Position numbers and translations under genes: made by a program. From NCBI GenBank assembly GCA_002011125.2, contig MTMF02000009.1, positions 1,416,989-1,480,988 on the forward strand: DNA of 64,000 bases, in the 5' to 3' direction. Source of the stretch: Candidatus Hydrothermarchaeum profundi. Lineage in GTDB: Archaea; Hydrothermarchaeota; Hydrothermarchaeia; Hydrothermarchaeales; Hydrothermarchaeaceae. Shown here piece after piece: positions 42,515 through 53,386 of this stretch. Within the stretch, counting starts at the first letter, position 1; each line of letters begins with the position of its first letter. The notes under the pieces were generated by a model. The model searched no databases and was not told the DNA's origin. It was given only the letters and a program-made list of their open reading frames with translations.

Positions 42515-44257
42515 TTAGGTATAATCTAATTTCCACAATCTATATCCGCTTTTGTTGTATACTAATTTAAATCGTTTATCTTCTTCAATTACTTTTATAA
42601 GCGGATCGAAGCAGTACCACTTTATCTCTTCGCAAGTTGTTGGTCCATCATATATGTAATCCACGTTTATTTTTTTGAATATTTGATAATAATATTCTGA
42701 ATCATTTTTATTATACTCGAATTTTGTGTTGTTGCTTAATACTCTGAATATAGGGGACTCAGGGTATACTCTCACCGCATCACCATACCAGTTAAGGGCT
42801 GGAGCAAACTCGCCAAATATCCTTATTGGCTGTTTGTCTTCTCTATGTTCGTCTAGAAATTTAATTACATCTTGGTGAGCGTTTATCTCGTATTTGTCCC
42901 ATGTAGAGTATAGAGGATATATTTTTCCAAAAGAGTAGGTTGCTCCAAATAAAAGTAAGATTATCGCTATTTTATTTTTATTTTTTTTAAGCGGTTGTAG
43001 TAATATAGAATCATAAAGTATTGAAAGTTCTATACCCGCGTAGAGTGCAAAAATTCCAATAAAATGATGATAATATCTCGTTATTTCATCAAGGCTACTA
43101 AGCCCCATGTAATATGTGTAAGATACAAATAAAAGTAAGATTACTAATTGTTCAAACTTCTTTATGTTCCTTAAAATATATACAAAAGAGAATAAGAGAA
43201 GGGGGTAAGATACGAATATACTCTTTATAGCTATAGGGAGGGTGACATTGACGAATCCACTACTCGCAAAGAGTCCCGAAATTTTCCCTACTGAAGGGTT
43301 AAAGCCCCCTATATATGATATGGGGGTCAATCTATAATAGTAGTAATTTCTCAATACCCAGATGAGTATTAAAATATGTGCGCTGGCATAGTACTTAATT
43401 ACATTGAGTTTCTCTCCGGACTTATATAATAATGCGAATAAAAGCATAAATGAGATATAGTATCCTACAATATCGCTGCTCATGGCGAGAGTGAGGGAGA
43501 TTGCAAGTAGGAACAGGTTTTCTCTTCTTTTAGTTTTCAAGTAATATGAAAAAAAATAGAACGAGCAAGTAGTAAAAAATAAAAGGGGGATCTCTTCTGT
43601 GGACCGAGTATTATCCACTAAAAATCGTGGCCACCAACCAAATAAGGCTAATATGATAAAATAAGGCACTGATTTTCCAAAATCTCTCCCCCATTTTACT
43701 AGCGTGAAGATTGTAAAAAAAGTGTAGAATAATGGTATAGCTTTGGTTATGTCTATGGAAAAACTATTTTGCACTGAAAATAATAAAGCGATATGAGAAT
43801 AAAGTAGAGGTGGTTTATAAAGCCGGTAGTACTCATTTTCTAAATGAAACGCTGGTATCCCTCCTTCCCTAACAACAAGGCGCGCCCAAGGAAAATCAGC
43901 GAAAAGTGATATTACTGATGGATAAGTGTAGTGCTGTATTATACCTAAAAATAAGACGAAAAGCAGAGATAAAATAAGAGTTTGTGAAGGTAACTCTTCG
44001 TCATTTTTAATGTATATCCTTCTCAAAAGTATTCCTATAATAGCAGAAGTTACTATGGCTATTGTTAAAATTAAATAGCCTCTAAAGAGCCCCACTATGC
44101 CAAGTAAAATAAGATAAAATGTTAATATATACTCTCCTATTAAAACAGAAGTTAGGATTTTGGTGAATCTCAACTTTCCATTAAATGCTATAGAATGTAT
44201 GATCGCTGGATTCAATGAAAGAATAATTAACCCCAATATTATCGAAAGGAAGGACAT
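42515..44257 (-). CDS. Polytopic membrane protein, probable GT-C (ArnT/PMT-like) glycosyltransferase
   Basis: Many TM helices, YKPPLLY, TEEIPL, WVLRNY, RYY, C-terminal soluble domain (NVDYI). Confidence 0.6.
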   Translation of the reverse strand: MSFLSIILGLIILSLNPAIIHSIAFNGKLRFTKILTSVLIGEYILTFYLILLGIVGLFRGYLILTIAIVTSAIIGILLRRIYIKNDEELPSQTLILSLLFVLFLGIIQHYTYPSVISLFADFPWARLVVREGGIPAFHLENEYYRLYKPPLLYSHIALLFSVQNSFSIDITKAIPLFYTFFTIFTLVKWGRDFGKSVPYFIILALFGWWPRFLVDNTRSTEEIPLLFFTTCSFYFFSYYLKTKRRENLFLLAISLTLAMSSDIVGYYISFMLLFALLYKSGEKLNVIKYYASAHILILIWVLRNYYYYRLTPISYIGGFNPSVGKISGLFASSGFVNVTLPIAIKSIFVSYPLLLFSFVYILRNIKKFEQLVILLLFVSYTYYMGLSSLDEITRYYHHFIGIFALYAGIELSILYDSILLQPLKKNKNKIAIILLLFGATYSFGKIYPLYSTWDKYEINAHQDVIKFLDEHREDKQPIRIFGEFAPALNWYGDAVRVYPESPIFRVLSNNTKFEYNKNDSEYYYQIFKKINVDYIYDGPTTCEEIKWYCFDPLIKVIEEDKRFKLVYNKSGYRLWKLDYT

Positions 44258-44416
44258 ATAGATGGAAAGATTTATATTGAATCTATATAAGCCTAAGCCC
44301 TTACGTTATAATACTATAAAGCTTTCTAAATAACTGCCAGCTTAATTTATTATGTGGTGTATTCGCAAAAACTACAAATAAATATTACTGGGGTATATAG
44401 AACTTAGAGCGATTTT

Positions 44417-45319
44417 ATGAAACATCCAGCTGTAAGCGTAGTAATCCCTACATATAACCGGGAAGATTTGTTAAAAAAATGTCTAGGGGCTGTAATTGCT
44501 CAAAGTTACCCGAAGAGTGACTATGAGATAGTCGTTGTTGACGATGGTTCGACTGATAGGACAGAAGAAGTTGTAATGAGTATTGCGAAGACTACTAGCA
44601 ACCTAAAGTATATTAGACAGGCACATAAAGGACCCGCTGCAGCAAGAAATCTAGGAATAAAAGAGGGGAGAGGGGAAATCGTCGCGTTTATAGATGATGA
44701 CTGTATTGCGGATAAGAAGTGGTTAGAGAGTTTGGTGCAATGTTTTAGTAAAGACGACAAACTAGCAGGAGTCGAAGGAAAAGTAATTGCAGAAGGCAAG
44801 ACGCCTTTTACTCATCAAGTTGAGAATTTGAAAGGAAACTTTTATTTAACGGCGAATATAGCTTATAAGAAAAAAGTTCTTTTAGAAACGGGACTCTTTG
44901 ATGAAGGCTTTCCATATCCTGCAAGTGAAGATTGGGATTTGGCATTTAAGATACTTAAAAGGGGGGAAAAAATCAAGTTCTGTGAAAGAGCGGTTGTTGT
45001 TCACCCCTCTAGAGAACTATCACTAAAGCAATGGTTAAAGTCAACTTGGATACAGTGGGCAACGGTGGATAGGCTTTATCAAAGGCACAAAGAACTATGG
45101 AAAAAAACTACAGGGCACACTCTAATGCGCTCCTTTTTTGATGGTGTTTTCCTTTATTTTTTTGTATTTTCAAAAAGGTGGAGAAATTATCTTATCTCCA
45201 ATCCACGGAAGCTACCTAAATTTATTGTTTTCTATATTCTGCAAAGTCTAATCATTGCATTTTTTGCTGTAAGGTACCTGATAAACTTATCAAAAAATCT
45301 CATAACGGGGAGAGGATAA
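44417..45319 (+). CDS. GT2 glycosyltransferase
   Basis: SVVIPTYNR, VVDDGSTD, GPAAARNLG, FIDDD, EDWDL. Confidence 0.94.
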   Translation: MKHPAVSVVIPTYNREDLLKKCLGAVIAQSYPKSDYEIVVVDDGSTDRTEEVVMSIAKTTSNLKYIRQAHKGPAAARNLGIKEGRGEIVAFIDDDCIADKKWLESLVQCFSKDDKLAGVEGKVIAEGKTPFTHQVENLKGNFYLTANIAYKKKVLLETGLFDEGFPYPASEDWDLAFKILKRGEKIKFCERAVVVHPSRELSLKQWLKSTWIQWATVDRLYQRHKELWKKTTGHTLMRSFFDGVFLYFFVFSKRWRNYLISNPRKLPKFIVFYILQSLIIAFFAVRYLINLSKNLITGRG

Positions 45320-45482
45320 GATGTTTTTAAGTGAATAATTTTTCCATACTCTGTGGGGTATTAAAACCGGATTCATCCAATAATATTCTAATTTCTCTTT
45401 TCTCTTTCAACTGGGATGTAAAAGAACATAGGCCTCATACTAGATAATATCTCTGCAATAATAACGTGTAGATAAGATGCGT

Positions 45483-46592
45483 TTATGTCTCACTCACTAC
45501 TTCGTACATATTTATTATATTTTTTAATACATTTTCTTTTGAGAATCTTTCCTCTGCCCTTTCTCTAGCTTTCTTTCCCATTCTATGCCGGAAATTGTCA
45601 TTTAAATATTTTCTGAGTGCGCTGGTTAGATTGCCTTGCTTGCTCATATCAATAAGAGTTCCTCCTTCATCAACAATCCACGTGGTTATGGGAGTCTTCT
45701 GGACAATAACAGGGATACCGCTGGCCATTGCTTCAAGAATGGCAATACCGAATTGCTCTGTTAAGCTTCCTAATACAAATACATCAGACGATCCATAGAC
45801 CCTCGGTATCTCTTTCATTGGAACATTTTTCATAAAGAATATGCGATCGCCGAGCATTTTTTTTCCCATTTTTATTACTTTTTCAGTTTCTTGTTCTACA
45901 TGTCCTGCTATAATTAGATACGCGTCCTCTAGTTCTGCTACTTCCTCTATTACGTAATCCATTCTTTTAATTCTCGTTTGGATAGCACCTACAGAGAGAA
46001 CGACAAAAGCATCTTCAGGGATCCCTAGACTTTCTCTAATACTCCAAGCATTTGTGGGAGTGAATTTTTTTGTGTCAACGAAATGGGGAATCATAAACCA
46101 TTTATTAGTATTAAAGCCTGCTTTCTTTGCCTTTTCGAGGTAGTGTGGTGCGAAAAGGTGTAAATGTTCGAAGGCCAGAGGCCATCTTGGAGGGTTTTTA
46201 ATATCTTTAATCTCTAGACTAGTAGCAAAAATTACTTTTGTCTTCAGTAAGCCTAACTTCTTTACTCTCATTAACAGGCTAGCTACGCCTGCGTCAGCGA
46301 GGTGTACAATATCATAATTTTTAAGCCTTAAGGATAAAGGAATAGAAAACGTTATTTGCTCTAGTAAGTAACGGTAGAACCCGGGAATTATGCTTTTGTT
46401 CCATCCAACAAGCCGAGAATCTCTTTTAATACAGGGCAGTATCTCCTCTATCTCCGATTCTCTATCTCCTCCACCTTTAAATAGTGTGACATCAACACCT
46501 TTTTTATTAAGAGCATAAGCAAGCTCTCTTGCCCACGATTCAATTCCTCTGTAGATATGTCCAAGGCCACTAGAAGCAATAGCTACTTTCAT
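45483..46592 (-). CDS. GT4 glycosyltransferase
   Basis: RGIE, KRMDY, EQFGIAILEAMASGIPV. Confidence 0.92.
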   Translation of the reverse strand: MKVAIASSGLGHIYRGIESWARELAYALNKKGVDVTLFKGGGDRESEIEEILPCIKRDSRLVGWNKSIIPGFYRYLLEQITFSIPLSLRLKNYDIVHLADAGVASLLMRVKKLGLLKTKVIFATSLEIKDIKNPPRWPLAFEHLHLFAPHYLEKAKKAGFNTNKWFMIPHFVDTKKFTPTNAWSIRESLGIPEDAFVVLSVGAIQTRIKRMDYVIEEVAELEDAYLIIAGHVEQETEKVIKMGKKMLGDRIFFMKNVPMKEIPRVYGSSDVFVLGSLTEQFGIAILEAMASGIPVIVQKTPITTWIVDEGGTLIDMSKQGNLTSALRKYLNDNFRHRMGKKARERAEERFSKENVLKNIINMYEVVSET

Positions 46593-46658
46593 AAATGATT
46601 ACTCGCTTTAAACTATTAAATAAATATCCAAATTGTTTTAATTGAAAAGTAATCCGAT

Positions 46659-47459
46659 GTGATTAAGTTGAAATTTCCTAAAAAAGAGGACTTAAGTAAT
46701 AAAGACCATCTTTATCTTTACGATTATGATATAAAGGGATATCATAACCCTAATAATCATTCTTTCTGGAAAATTCATTATTTAGAGCATATCGATAATA
46801 TAATAAATACAATCTGTAAGCTAGGTACTAGAAGGATTCTAGAAATAGGATGTGCGCAGGCTAATGTAAGTACATTGCTAGCTGAAAGAGGCTTTGAAAC
46901 AGTAGCCTTGGATATCAATCCTAACTTTTTAACATATGCTATGATGAAATATGAATCTGGACGCATCTCCTATGTTGTAGGCAGTGCTGAAAGTCTTCCC
47001 TTGCAAAATGAAACATTTGACGTTGTAGTAGCAAGTGAAATCTTAGAGCATATTGCATTCCCTGAAAAACTCATTAGGGAAACAAAGCGATGTTTAAGGC
47101 CTGGAGGATACATTATTATTACTACCCCTAACGGAGAGTGTTTATTTAGAGAGAAAGTAGAGTGTTTCTCTAAAGCAAAGGCACAAAGAGATAAATTAAA
47201 GGAACTTCAATTTGGTCCAAGCGGTAAAAATCATCTTTTCCTATTCACCCAAAAGGAAATAATTGAGTTATTGGGGGAGTTAAAATTAGATATAATATCA
47301 ATCAAGTGGATTAAATCGATATTACTAAATAGGTTCTCTCAGCCTTTTATTAGACTTTTTCCTATATCCCTAATAAACAAAATAGAATCAATTTTATCTA
47401 ACTTTCCTTTCTTAAATAGAAAAATAGGCACTACTTTACTGGTAATTGCCCGTAAATGA
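46659..47459 (+). CDS. Class I SAM-dependent methyltransferase
   Basis: ILEIGCAQA, ALDIN, FDVVVASEILEH, LRPGG..TTPN. Confidence 0.9.
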   Translation: MIKLKFPKKEDLSNKDHLYLYDYDIKGYHNPNNHSFWKIHYLEHIDNIINTICKLGTRRILEIGCAQANVSTLLAERGFETVALDINPNFLTYAMMKYESGRISYVVGSAESLPLQNETFDVVVASEILEHIAFPEKLIRETKRCLRPGGYIIITTPNGECLFREKVECFSKAKAQRDKLKELQFGPSGKNHLFLFTQKEIIELLGELKLDIISIKWIKSILLNRFSQPFIRLFPISLINKIESILSNFPFLNRKIGTTLLVIARK

Positions 47460-48540
47460 TATTCTCAACCCTCTGTGATAATTTCTCCCAGTCAAATTCT
47501 GATAGAGAAGGATAATTAAAAGTCTTGTTCATCGCCTTAATAACATTTTTAGCAAAATCTCTCGCATTAGGCTCTGAAAAAACTATATTCTTAAAGCCTA
47601 AAAGCTTAAGTTCTTCTAATTCTATAGAGACTACTGGTTTCTTTGCAGCCGTATATTCTAGGACTTTAATAGGGCAAGCTGAATCGAAATATACATTTTT
47701 TTCTACGGGATAAGTTCCTACATCGCTTGCTGCAAAATAGTCAGGTATCTCATTATAATCGACCCACCCTGTAAAGATTACGTCGTCCCTATATTTTTCA
47801 ACATGCTTCTTCATTTCAGGGATCAAATAACTATCGCCTACGACCATAAATTTCACTTGAGAGACAGCCTCTCTAATAAACTGAACTGAGTCTAAAAAAT
47901 AAAAAGATTCGCTACAGGTTATACCAATAAGACTAATGATCTTTTCCTTATCTAATCTATATTTTCTTCTTATTCTCTCAGGATTTGTCTTTTTAAACTT
48001 GTGAAGGTCAATTCCATTCGGCACATAAAAGCAGTTCTTGTTATATTTCTGGGCATCATTATGAAGGACATTTGATGCGCATATTACCGCTTCTGATTCT
48101 TTTAGATAAACTTCTTTTGTTTTTTGATTTCCAATATAATCAGCATAGTCAAAGATAACTGGGATCCCTAAATCAAATGGTGGAAAGCCATTAAGATAAT
48201 AATTTGAACCACAAAATATTATATCGATCCTATATTTTTTTACAATTTCTTTAACTCTATGTTGAAAAAATTTCTCATTAACCTTTCGTAGCAGGTTATA
48301 CCTACTCAAACACAACCGTCTGAAGTGATGAAGATGTATCTGATTTTCTCTCTTCGTCCAATTCTGTAAGGCTTTCCAGTGTATTGAGGGATTTAAAAAA
48401 TATCTGAATTTTGGCCCCTTTGGTTCAGTCCAAACTAAGATGTGAATTTCATGCTTTTTCTTCAATCTATCAATAAAATAATGTGATCTCTGTCTGATTT
48501 TGTTCAGCCAACTTGCATGAGGGATCCAAAGTATTTTCAT
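47431..48540 (-). CDS. GT-B fold glycosyltransferase (GT4-like)
   Basis: QRSH, VPNGID, PIKVLEYTAAKKPVV. Confidence 0.87.
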   Translation of the reverse strand: MKILWIPHASWLNKIRQRSHYFIDRLKKKHEIHILVWTEPKGPKFRYFLNPSIHWKALQNWTKRENQIHLHHFRRLCLSRYNLLRKVNEKFFQHRVKEIVKKYRIDIIFCGSNYYLNGFPPFDLGIPVIFDYADYIGNQKTKEVYLKESEAVICASNVLHNDAQKYNKNCFYVPNGIDLHKFKKTNPERIRRKYRLDKEKIISLIGITCSESFYFLDSVQFIREAVSQVKFMVVGDSYLIPEMKKHVEKYRDDVIFTGWVDYNEIPDYFAASDVGTYPVEKNVYFDSACPIKVLEYTAAKKPVVSIELEELKLLGFKNIVFSEPNARDFAKNVIKAMNKTFNYPSLSEFDWEKLSQRVENIIYGQLPVK

Positions 48541-50366
48541 CGTCTAAAAATCACCACTTCTCCATTATCGTAGATCTTGCTGGTTTCTTTAAAATTATTT
48601 AAGATTGCTTTATCTATCTTTACTTTCCAAATAAATCCTCTGTCCAATTTATCTAAATTTATAATGAAAAATCCCTTTTCATCAGCGACACCCGGGCTAA
48701 ACATTCTAATATCTTTTTTATTAGTTTGTATTATACCCCTATCTCCGCTGAATAGATATCGACTACTTACTTCATCAACGTAAATCGAACCTACAATTTT
48801 ATTTACAAAAGGATATTCAGCCAATACCGGCTGAGTAGCATGTCGCTGGTCAAAGGGTAATTCTCTATTAAAAATACCGTTATCATCCCCCGTCAGATAA
48901 CTTGTAAGGGAAAAGAAACAAAAAATAAATAGAAAGGATGCGGCCACTAATATTTTTAAATAGTTTTTCTTTATAAGCGCGAAAATAGCTGTTAGTCCTA
49001 CTGCCGCAGGAATTATCGTTAGGATATCCCCATGCACCAAAAATCTTGATGGTTGTGTCTCAAAAAAATTAGTCAGAACAGAGTATACAGGTATTATGTA
49101 AATGAATACTATACCTAGAAGTATAGTCAATTTTTCCAAATCATATTTCAAAAGCCACTTTAGCGATCCTATAACTCCTAAAAGCAAAATTAGAGAGATT
49201 CCGATATAAGATATATATGCTTCAAAATGATAAATCCAAGACATTTTCGCAACAGTTTCTGGAGGGAGTACAGTAATCAACGGTACTACTTCTTCATCTG
49301 GGATGAAAATAATCTTTACAATTTCTACGAAAAGGGAATAATGCACGAACTCTAAATATGCTACAAAACCTATGAAATAAGATACAAAGGGCGTGATCTT
49401 AAATGTATAATGTTTTTCTTTAAAATAAGCTGCAGTGTTTTTTAGAACAAAGTTTGCTCCTAAAAATGCGAGTAATGCCACTGTTGCTGTTGGATGGACA
49501 AAAAAAACAGCTACTGCGGCTAACCAAAAAATTATCCATGAGCGGTATATACCGTAGCGTGAGGCTTTTATAATAGCTAGAATTCCGAATAAAATAAATG
49601 TAACTTCAGGCCTTGCTAACCCTGTAGATCTGTAAATATGCAGGGTTGAAACCGCTGTTATTAAAGCACCTATGAGAGCAATTTTACTATTAGAAAGTTC
49701 ATTTACAATGTAGTACATTAAAAGTACAGTAAATGTTCCTATTAAGAGATTGGTAGCGAGTAGTATAGGAATATCAAAAGACAAGAATAGAGACGTGATC
49801 GTATTGATAATGTGAAAAAAAGGGTAGTAGTAGTAATGTCCCGATGCCGGATTAAGTTTACCAGATGTTACGAGATCTCCGATCCTATGATAATGCCAGT
49901 AGGCATCCCATCCGGTGAGATAAGGGTTGATTAATGGGGTACTAACTCTCGTTAACGCAGCTAAAATGAGTATTTCAACTAAAATTTTGGTACGTATAAC
50001 CTTAGTAATTCTTTTAGTAAAAAGGATTTGTAGGCCTATAGCTACAAATGCGGCTGAGATAAAAACATAATAAGACAGGGGCTTTACATAGATTGCGTCT
50101 CTAAGTGACAATATGGAAAGCGAGAGAAAGAAGATATACATCGCATCGAATATCCTTATCTGACTGGTTGAAAGTATATCGATAGAACTCAACGTATTTT
50201 TAATCAGCCTTGCATGGTAAATCGAAAATATAAGGATTCCAATGAAACCAAAAATCGCATATTCTATTACAAATACACTTAAAGTAGATGTACCTCCACT
50301 ATATTTGGTAACGATATATGTTACAAAAAGTAAACTACCTAATATTAACCCAACTGTCTTCCGCAT
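48537..50366 (-). CDS. Polytopic membrane protein, possible GT-C glycosyltransferase
   Basis: Many TM helices, GWDAYWHY, YYYYPFFH, HP, C-terminal KIYDNG. Confidence 0.55.
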   Translation of the reverse strand: MRKTVGLILGSLLFVTYIVTKYSGGTSTLSVFVIEYAIFGFIGILIFSIYHARLIKNTLSSIDILSTSQIRIFDAMYIFFLSLSILSLRDAIYVKPLSYYVFISAAFVAIGLQILFTKRITKVIRTKILVEILILAALTRVSTPLINPYLTGWDAYWHYHRIGDLVTSGKLNPASGHYYYYPFFHIINTITSLFLSFDIPILLATNLLIGTFTVLLMYYIVNELSNSKIALIGALITAVSTLHIYRSTGLARPEVTFILFGILAIIKASRYGIYRSWIIFWLAAVAVFFVHPTATVALLAFLGANFVLKNTAAYFKEKHYTFKITPFVSYFIGFVAYLEFVHYSLFVEIVKIIFIPDEEVVPLITVLPPETVAKMSWIYHFEAYISYIGISLILLLGVIGSLKWLLKYDLEKLTILLGIVFIYIIPVYSVLTNFFETQPSRFLVHGDILTIIPAAVGLTAIFALIKKNYLKILVAASFLFIFCFFSLTSYLTGDDNGIFNRELPFDQRHATQPVLAEYPFVNKIVGSIYVDEVSSRYLFSGDRGIIQTNKKDIRMFSPGVADEKGFFIINLDKLDRGFIWKVKIDKAILNNFKETSKIYDNGEVVIFRR

Positions 50367-50456
50367 AAGATACTGCCTTTTAGCCTATAAATTATAAAAT
50401 GTTTATTTTCATGACTCTTGGAGTCTAGATTTATTGAATGTTCTACTATTACAGAA

Positions 50457-51584
50457 TTAGGTGTATTTATAGATCTCGTCATATGTCTTAACTAACTCTA
50501 AAACAATTTTATTAAACGAATATTTTTTTTCTACTACTTTTTTAGCGTTTTTTCCTATTAAGTCACTCTTTTTGCCATCTGATAAGCATATTTCCAAGTA
50601 TTTCACTAAATCTGTAATATTTTCTTTTTCAAATAAAAACCCGTTTTTGCCATGGGTTATAATGTTCTTTGGTCCAATAATATTACTAGCAATTACCGCT
50701 TTACTTGAAGCCATGGCTTCTAATAATATACCTGGGAAATTTTCAAACAACGATGGTAAAACAAAGACACTGCATTCAGATAAGTATTTTCTTACTATTT
50801 CTCGGCCGCTCCAAGGAATAAATCTTATTTTATCTTTTTTTCTTGTTTTTAGAGCTAACCTTCTTAGTATATCCTCCTCCGGGCCAGATCCCAATAAGAT
50901 TAAGTGATAGTCATCAAAATCCCTATGTAAGCAGTCGAAAGCTTTAATGAGATATCTAACACCTTTAACTTTGTTTAGTCTTCCTGCGTAGAGGATATAC
51001 CCTTTGTCTCCATTATTTGAATATAACTTAGGATCGACTCCTCGTGGAACTACTTTTGTATTTTTTATTCCTCTAGAGTTAAGATACCGCTCTATACTCT
51101 TGTTCAGTGCAATTACAACGTCTGATTTTTTCATAATATTTTCTTCTAATTTCTTTTTAATGCCAAAGAAAAAGTAGTTCAATTTATTGTATTTTAGTGC
51201 GAAGTCCTTATAATAAGCAAATGCATCGTAATTAGCGGTAAAAAAAGCCTGCGTGATACTTAGCTTTGAAGGGAAGTATGCGGAGAATCTTTCTGATAAA
51301 TTTATAATGTCAGGTTTGATTTTTTTAATCTCTTTTGCAGCATTTTTTGAATATATAAGTACCGACAGAACATCGTCTTTAAAGGGTGCTTTTACATCAA
51401 TGAAGTTAATTCCTTCGAGATTTTCAGTTTTTCCGTCTATAAAACGTTTTATTATATGGATTTCATGTCCTAACTTGACAAATTCTTTGGCCATGCCAAA
51501 AATCTGAGATTGGGTACCTCCTCCATCTGGATATCTATCATATATAGGATGACCAGGAGAAACGAAAAGAATTTTCATAATCAA
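50457..51584 (-). CDS. GT4 glycosyltransferase
   Basis: GGGTQ, GRLNKVKG, ENFPGILLEAMAS. Confidence 0.92.
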   Translation of the reverse strand: MIMKILFVSPGHPIYDRYPDGGGTQSQIFGMAKEFVKLGHEIHIIKRFIDGKTENLEGINFIDVKAPFKDDVLSVLIYSKNAAKEIKKIKPDIINLSERFSAYFPSKLSITQAFFTANYDAFAYYKDFALKYNKLNYFFFGIKKKLEENIMKKSDVVIALNKSIERYLNSRGIKNTKVVPRGVDPKLYSNNGDKGYILYAGRLNKVKGVRYLIKAFDCLHRDFDDYHLILLGSGPEEDILRRLALKTRKKDKIRFIPWSGREIVRKYLSECSVFVLPSLFENFPGILLEAMASSKAVIASNIIGPKNIITHGKNGFLFEKENITDLVKYLEICLSDGKKSDLIGKNAKKVVEKKYSFNKIVLELVKTYDEIYKYT

Positions 51585-51634
51585 AAGTATATATTGATTC
51601 AGGGATATATAGGTATATTCTTGGGGTTTTAATC

Positions 51635-53386
51635 TTGTGTGGCATATGCGGTGTGGCAGGTTTTGAAGATAAGGAATTAGTTAAAAGAATGTGCAATACC
51701 ATTAAACATCGCGGTCCAGACGATCAAGGAATATTCTCAAATGATAATGTTACTCTGGGTAATCGACGTTTAAGCGTTATAGACCTTGAGGGTGGGCATC
51801 AACCTATTCATAATGAGGAGGAGTCAGTGTGGGTTACTTATAATGGTGAAATCTACAATTATCAAACTTTGAGAACCGAATTAGAAAAGCTTGGGCATTC
51901 TTTTTACACTAGGAGTGATACGGAAGTCATTGTGCATCTTTATGAGGAATTTGGAGAAAACTTCACCACAAAGCTTAGGGGGATGTTTGCTTTTGCATTA
52001 TGGGATATAGATACTGAAAAGCTAATTTTAGCGAGAGATGGAAGAGGAATTAAACCATTATATTATACAAATTTCAATGAAGGGATTATTTTCGCTTCTG
52101 AGATAAAATCAATCCTTGAATGTGGCATAAAGAGAAGCTTAAATCTGAAAGCTGTCGATCAATTTCTCTCGTATCGTTTTGTTTTTGGTTCTGATACGAT
52201 GTTTGAAGGCGTTAAAAGCCTTCTCCCAGGGAGTCTTCTCCTATATGAAGGCGGTAAAGCAGTAACTAAGAATTTTTTGCACCTAAGAGTAAGAGGAAAG
52301 CTCTCTGAAAATGAAAAGATAGTAGCTGAAAAACTAAAAAAGCTCCTAGACGAAGCTGTACAACTAAGATTGATAAGTGATGTCCCGTTAGGTGTCTTTT
52401 TATCTGGAGGAATAGACTCTACTTCTATAGTAGGAAGTATGAGTGTTCTGGTAGATGATCCTGTAAAAACTTTTACTGTGGGTTTTGATGATGGAGATGA
52501 GGATTTTAAAAAAGCGAGATTAGTAGCAGAGTACTTCGGCACTGACCATCATGAATTAATTGTAGATTTTGATGATATGACAAAAAAGTTTCCTAAGATG
52601 ATATGGCATCTCGATGAGCCAGTCGCGGATCCTGCAATAGTACCTTTTTATTTTGTTTCTAAATTAGCGAGAAATAATGTAAAGGTTTCACTTGTGGGCG
52701 AAGGGGCTGACGAACTCTTTGGGGGATATCTACATCACAAACTGGCGTTTTCGTATGCTAATTTTTTACCCGAGATTTTAAAGAGAAAAATACTTATGCG
52801 TTTAAATGCTCCCTCTCCGATTAATGATAGAAGATTCCTCTTAGGAAATACAGAAAATCATATAGAATTTAAAAAATTCTTCGATAAGGCGCATAACTCT
52901 TATGATTTTTTAGACAAGATTTTGCTTTGGGAGATTCGGAATGTACTGCCTAAGTTTCAACTAATGCGGGTTGATAAAATTACCATGGCTCATTCTTTAG
53001 AGGCGAGGGTACCCTACCTTGATCCTAAGCTTATAGAATATGCAGTATCTATCCCTAATAATCTCAAACTCAAAGCTCTCGATGGAAAGTATATACTTAA
53101 GAAAGCGGTAAAAAAAAGCATTCCTAAGCCAATTATAAAAAGTAAAAAGAGAATTTTTACTGTGCCTCTTAGAACATGGTTTAGAGAGGGATTAGGAGAA
53201 ATGCTATCATACTTATATGATTCAACTATGTCGGAAGATAGGTACTTGAATCGAGAGCATATCCATAAAATCATTAATCGCAAATCAGCTAGAAATTCTC
53301 ATTTTTACCATTTATGGTCTCTTCTAATGCTTGAACTTTGGTATAGGATCTTTATAAAGGAAGAAAAATCATGGAAATTTCCTTAG
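51635..53386 (+). CDS. asnB: Asparagine synthetase (glutamine-hydrolysing)-like amidotransferase
   Basis: N-terminal (M)CGICG, HRGPD, NGEIYN, LSGGIDS, GEGADELFGGY, LEARVP. Confidence 0.92.
   Translation: MCGICGVAGFEDKELVKRMCNTIKHRGPDDQGIFSNDNVTLGNRRLSVIDLEGGHQPIHNEEESVWVTYNGEIYNYQTLRTELEKLGHSFYTRSDTEVIVHLYEEFGENFTTKLRGMFAFALWDIDTEKLILARDGRGIKPLYYTNFNEGIIFASEIKSILECGIKRSLNLKAVDQFLSYRFVFGSDTMFEGVKSLLPGSLLLYEGGKAVTKNFLHLRVRGKLSENEKIVAEKLKKLLDEAVQLRLISDVPLGVFLSGGIDSTSIVGSMSVLVDDPVKTFTVGFDDGDEDFKKARLVAEYFGTDHHELIVDFDDMTKKFPKMIWHLDEPVADPAIVPFYFVSKLARNNVKVSLVGEGADELFGGYLHHKLAFSYANFLPEILKRKILMRLNAPSPINDRRFLLGNTENHIEFKKFFDKAHNSYDFLDKILLWEIRNVLPKFQLMRVDKITMAHSLEARVPYLDPKLIEYAVSIPNNLKLKALDGKYILKKAVKKSIPKPIIKSKKRIFTVPLRTWFREGLGEMLSYLYDSTMSEDRYLNREHIHKIINRKSARNSHFYHLWSLLMLELWYRIFIKEEKSWKFP

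Noticed and set aside
45320-45482. Possible methyltransferase remnant on the minus strand (..EIRILLDESGF..)
   Set aside because: Too short to support without a search
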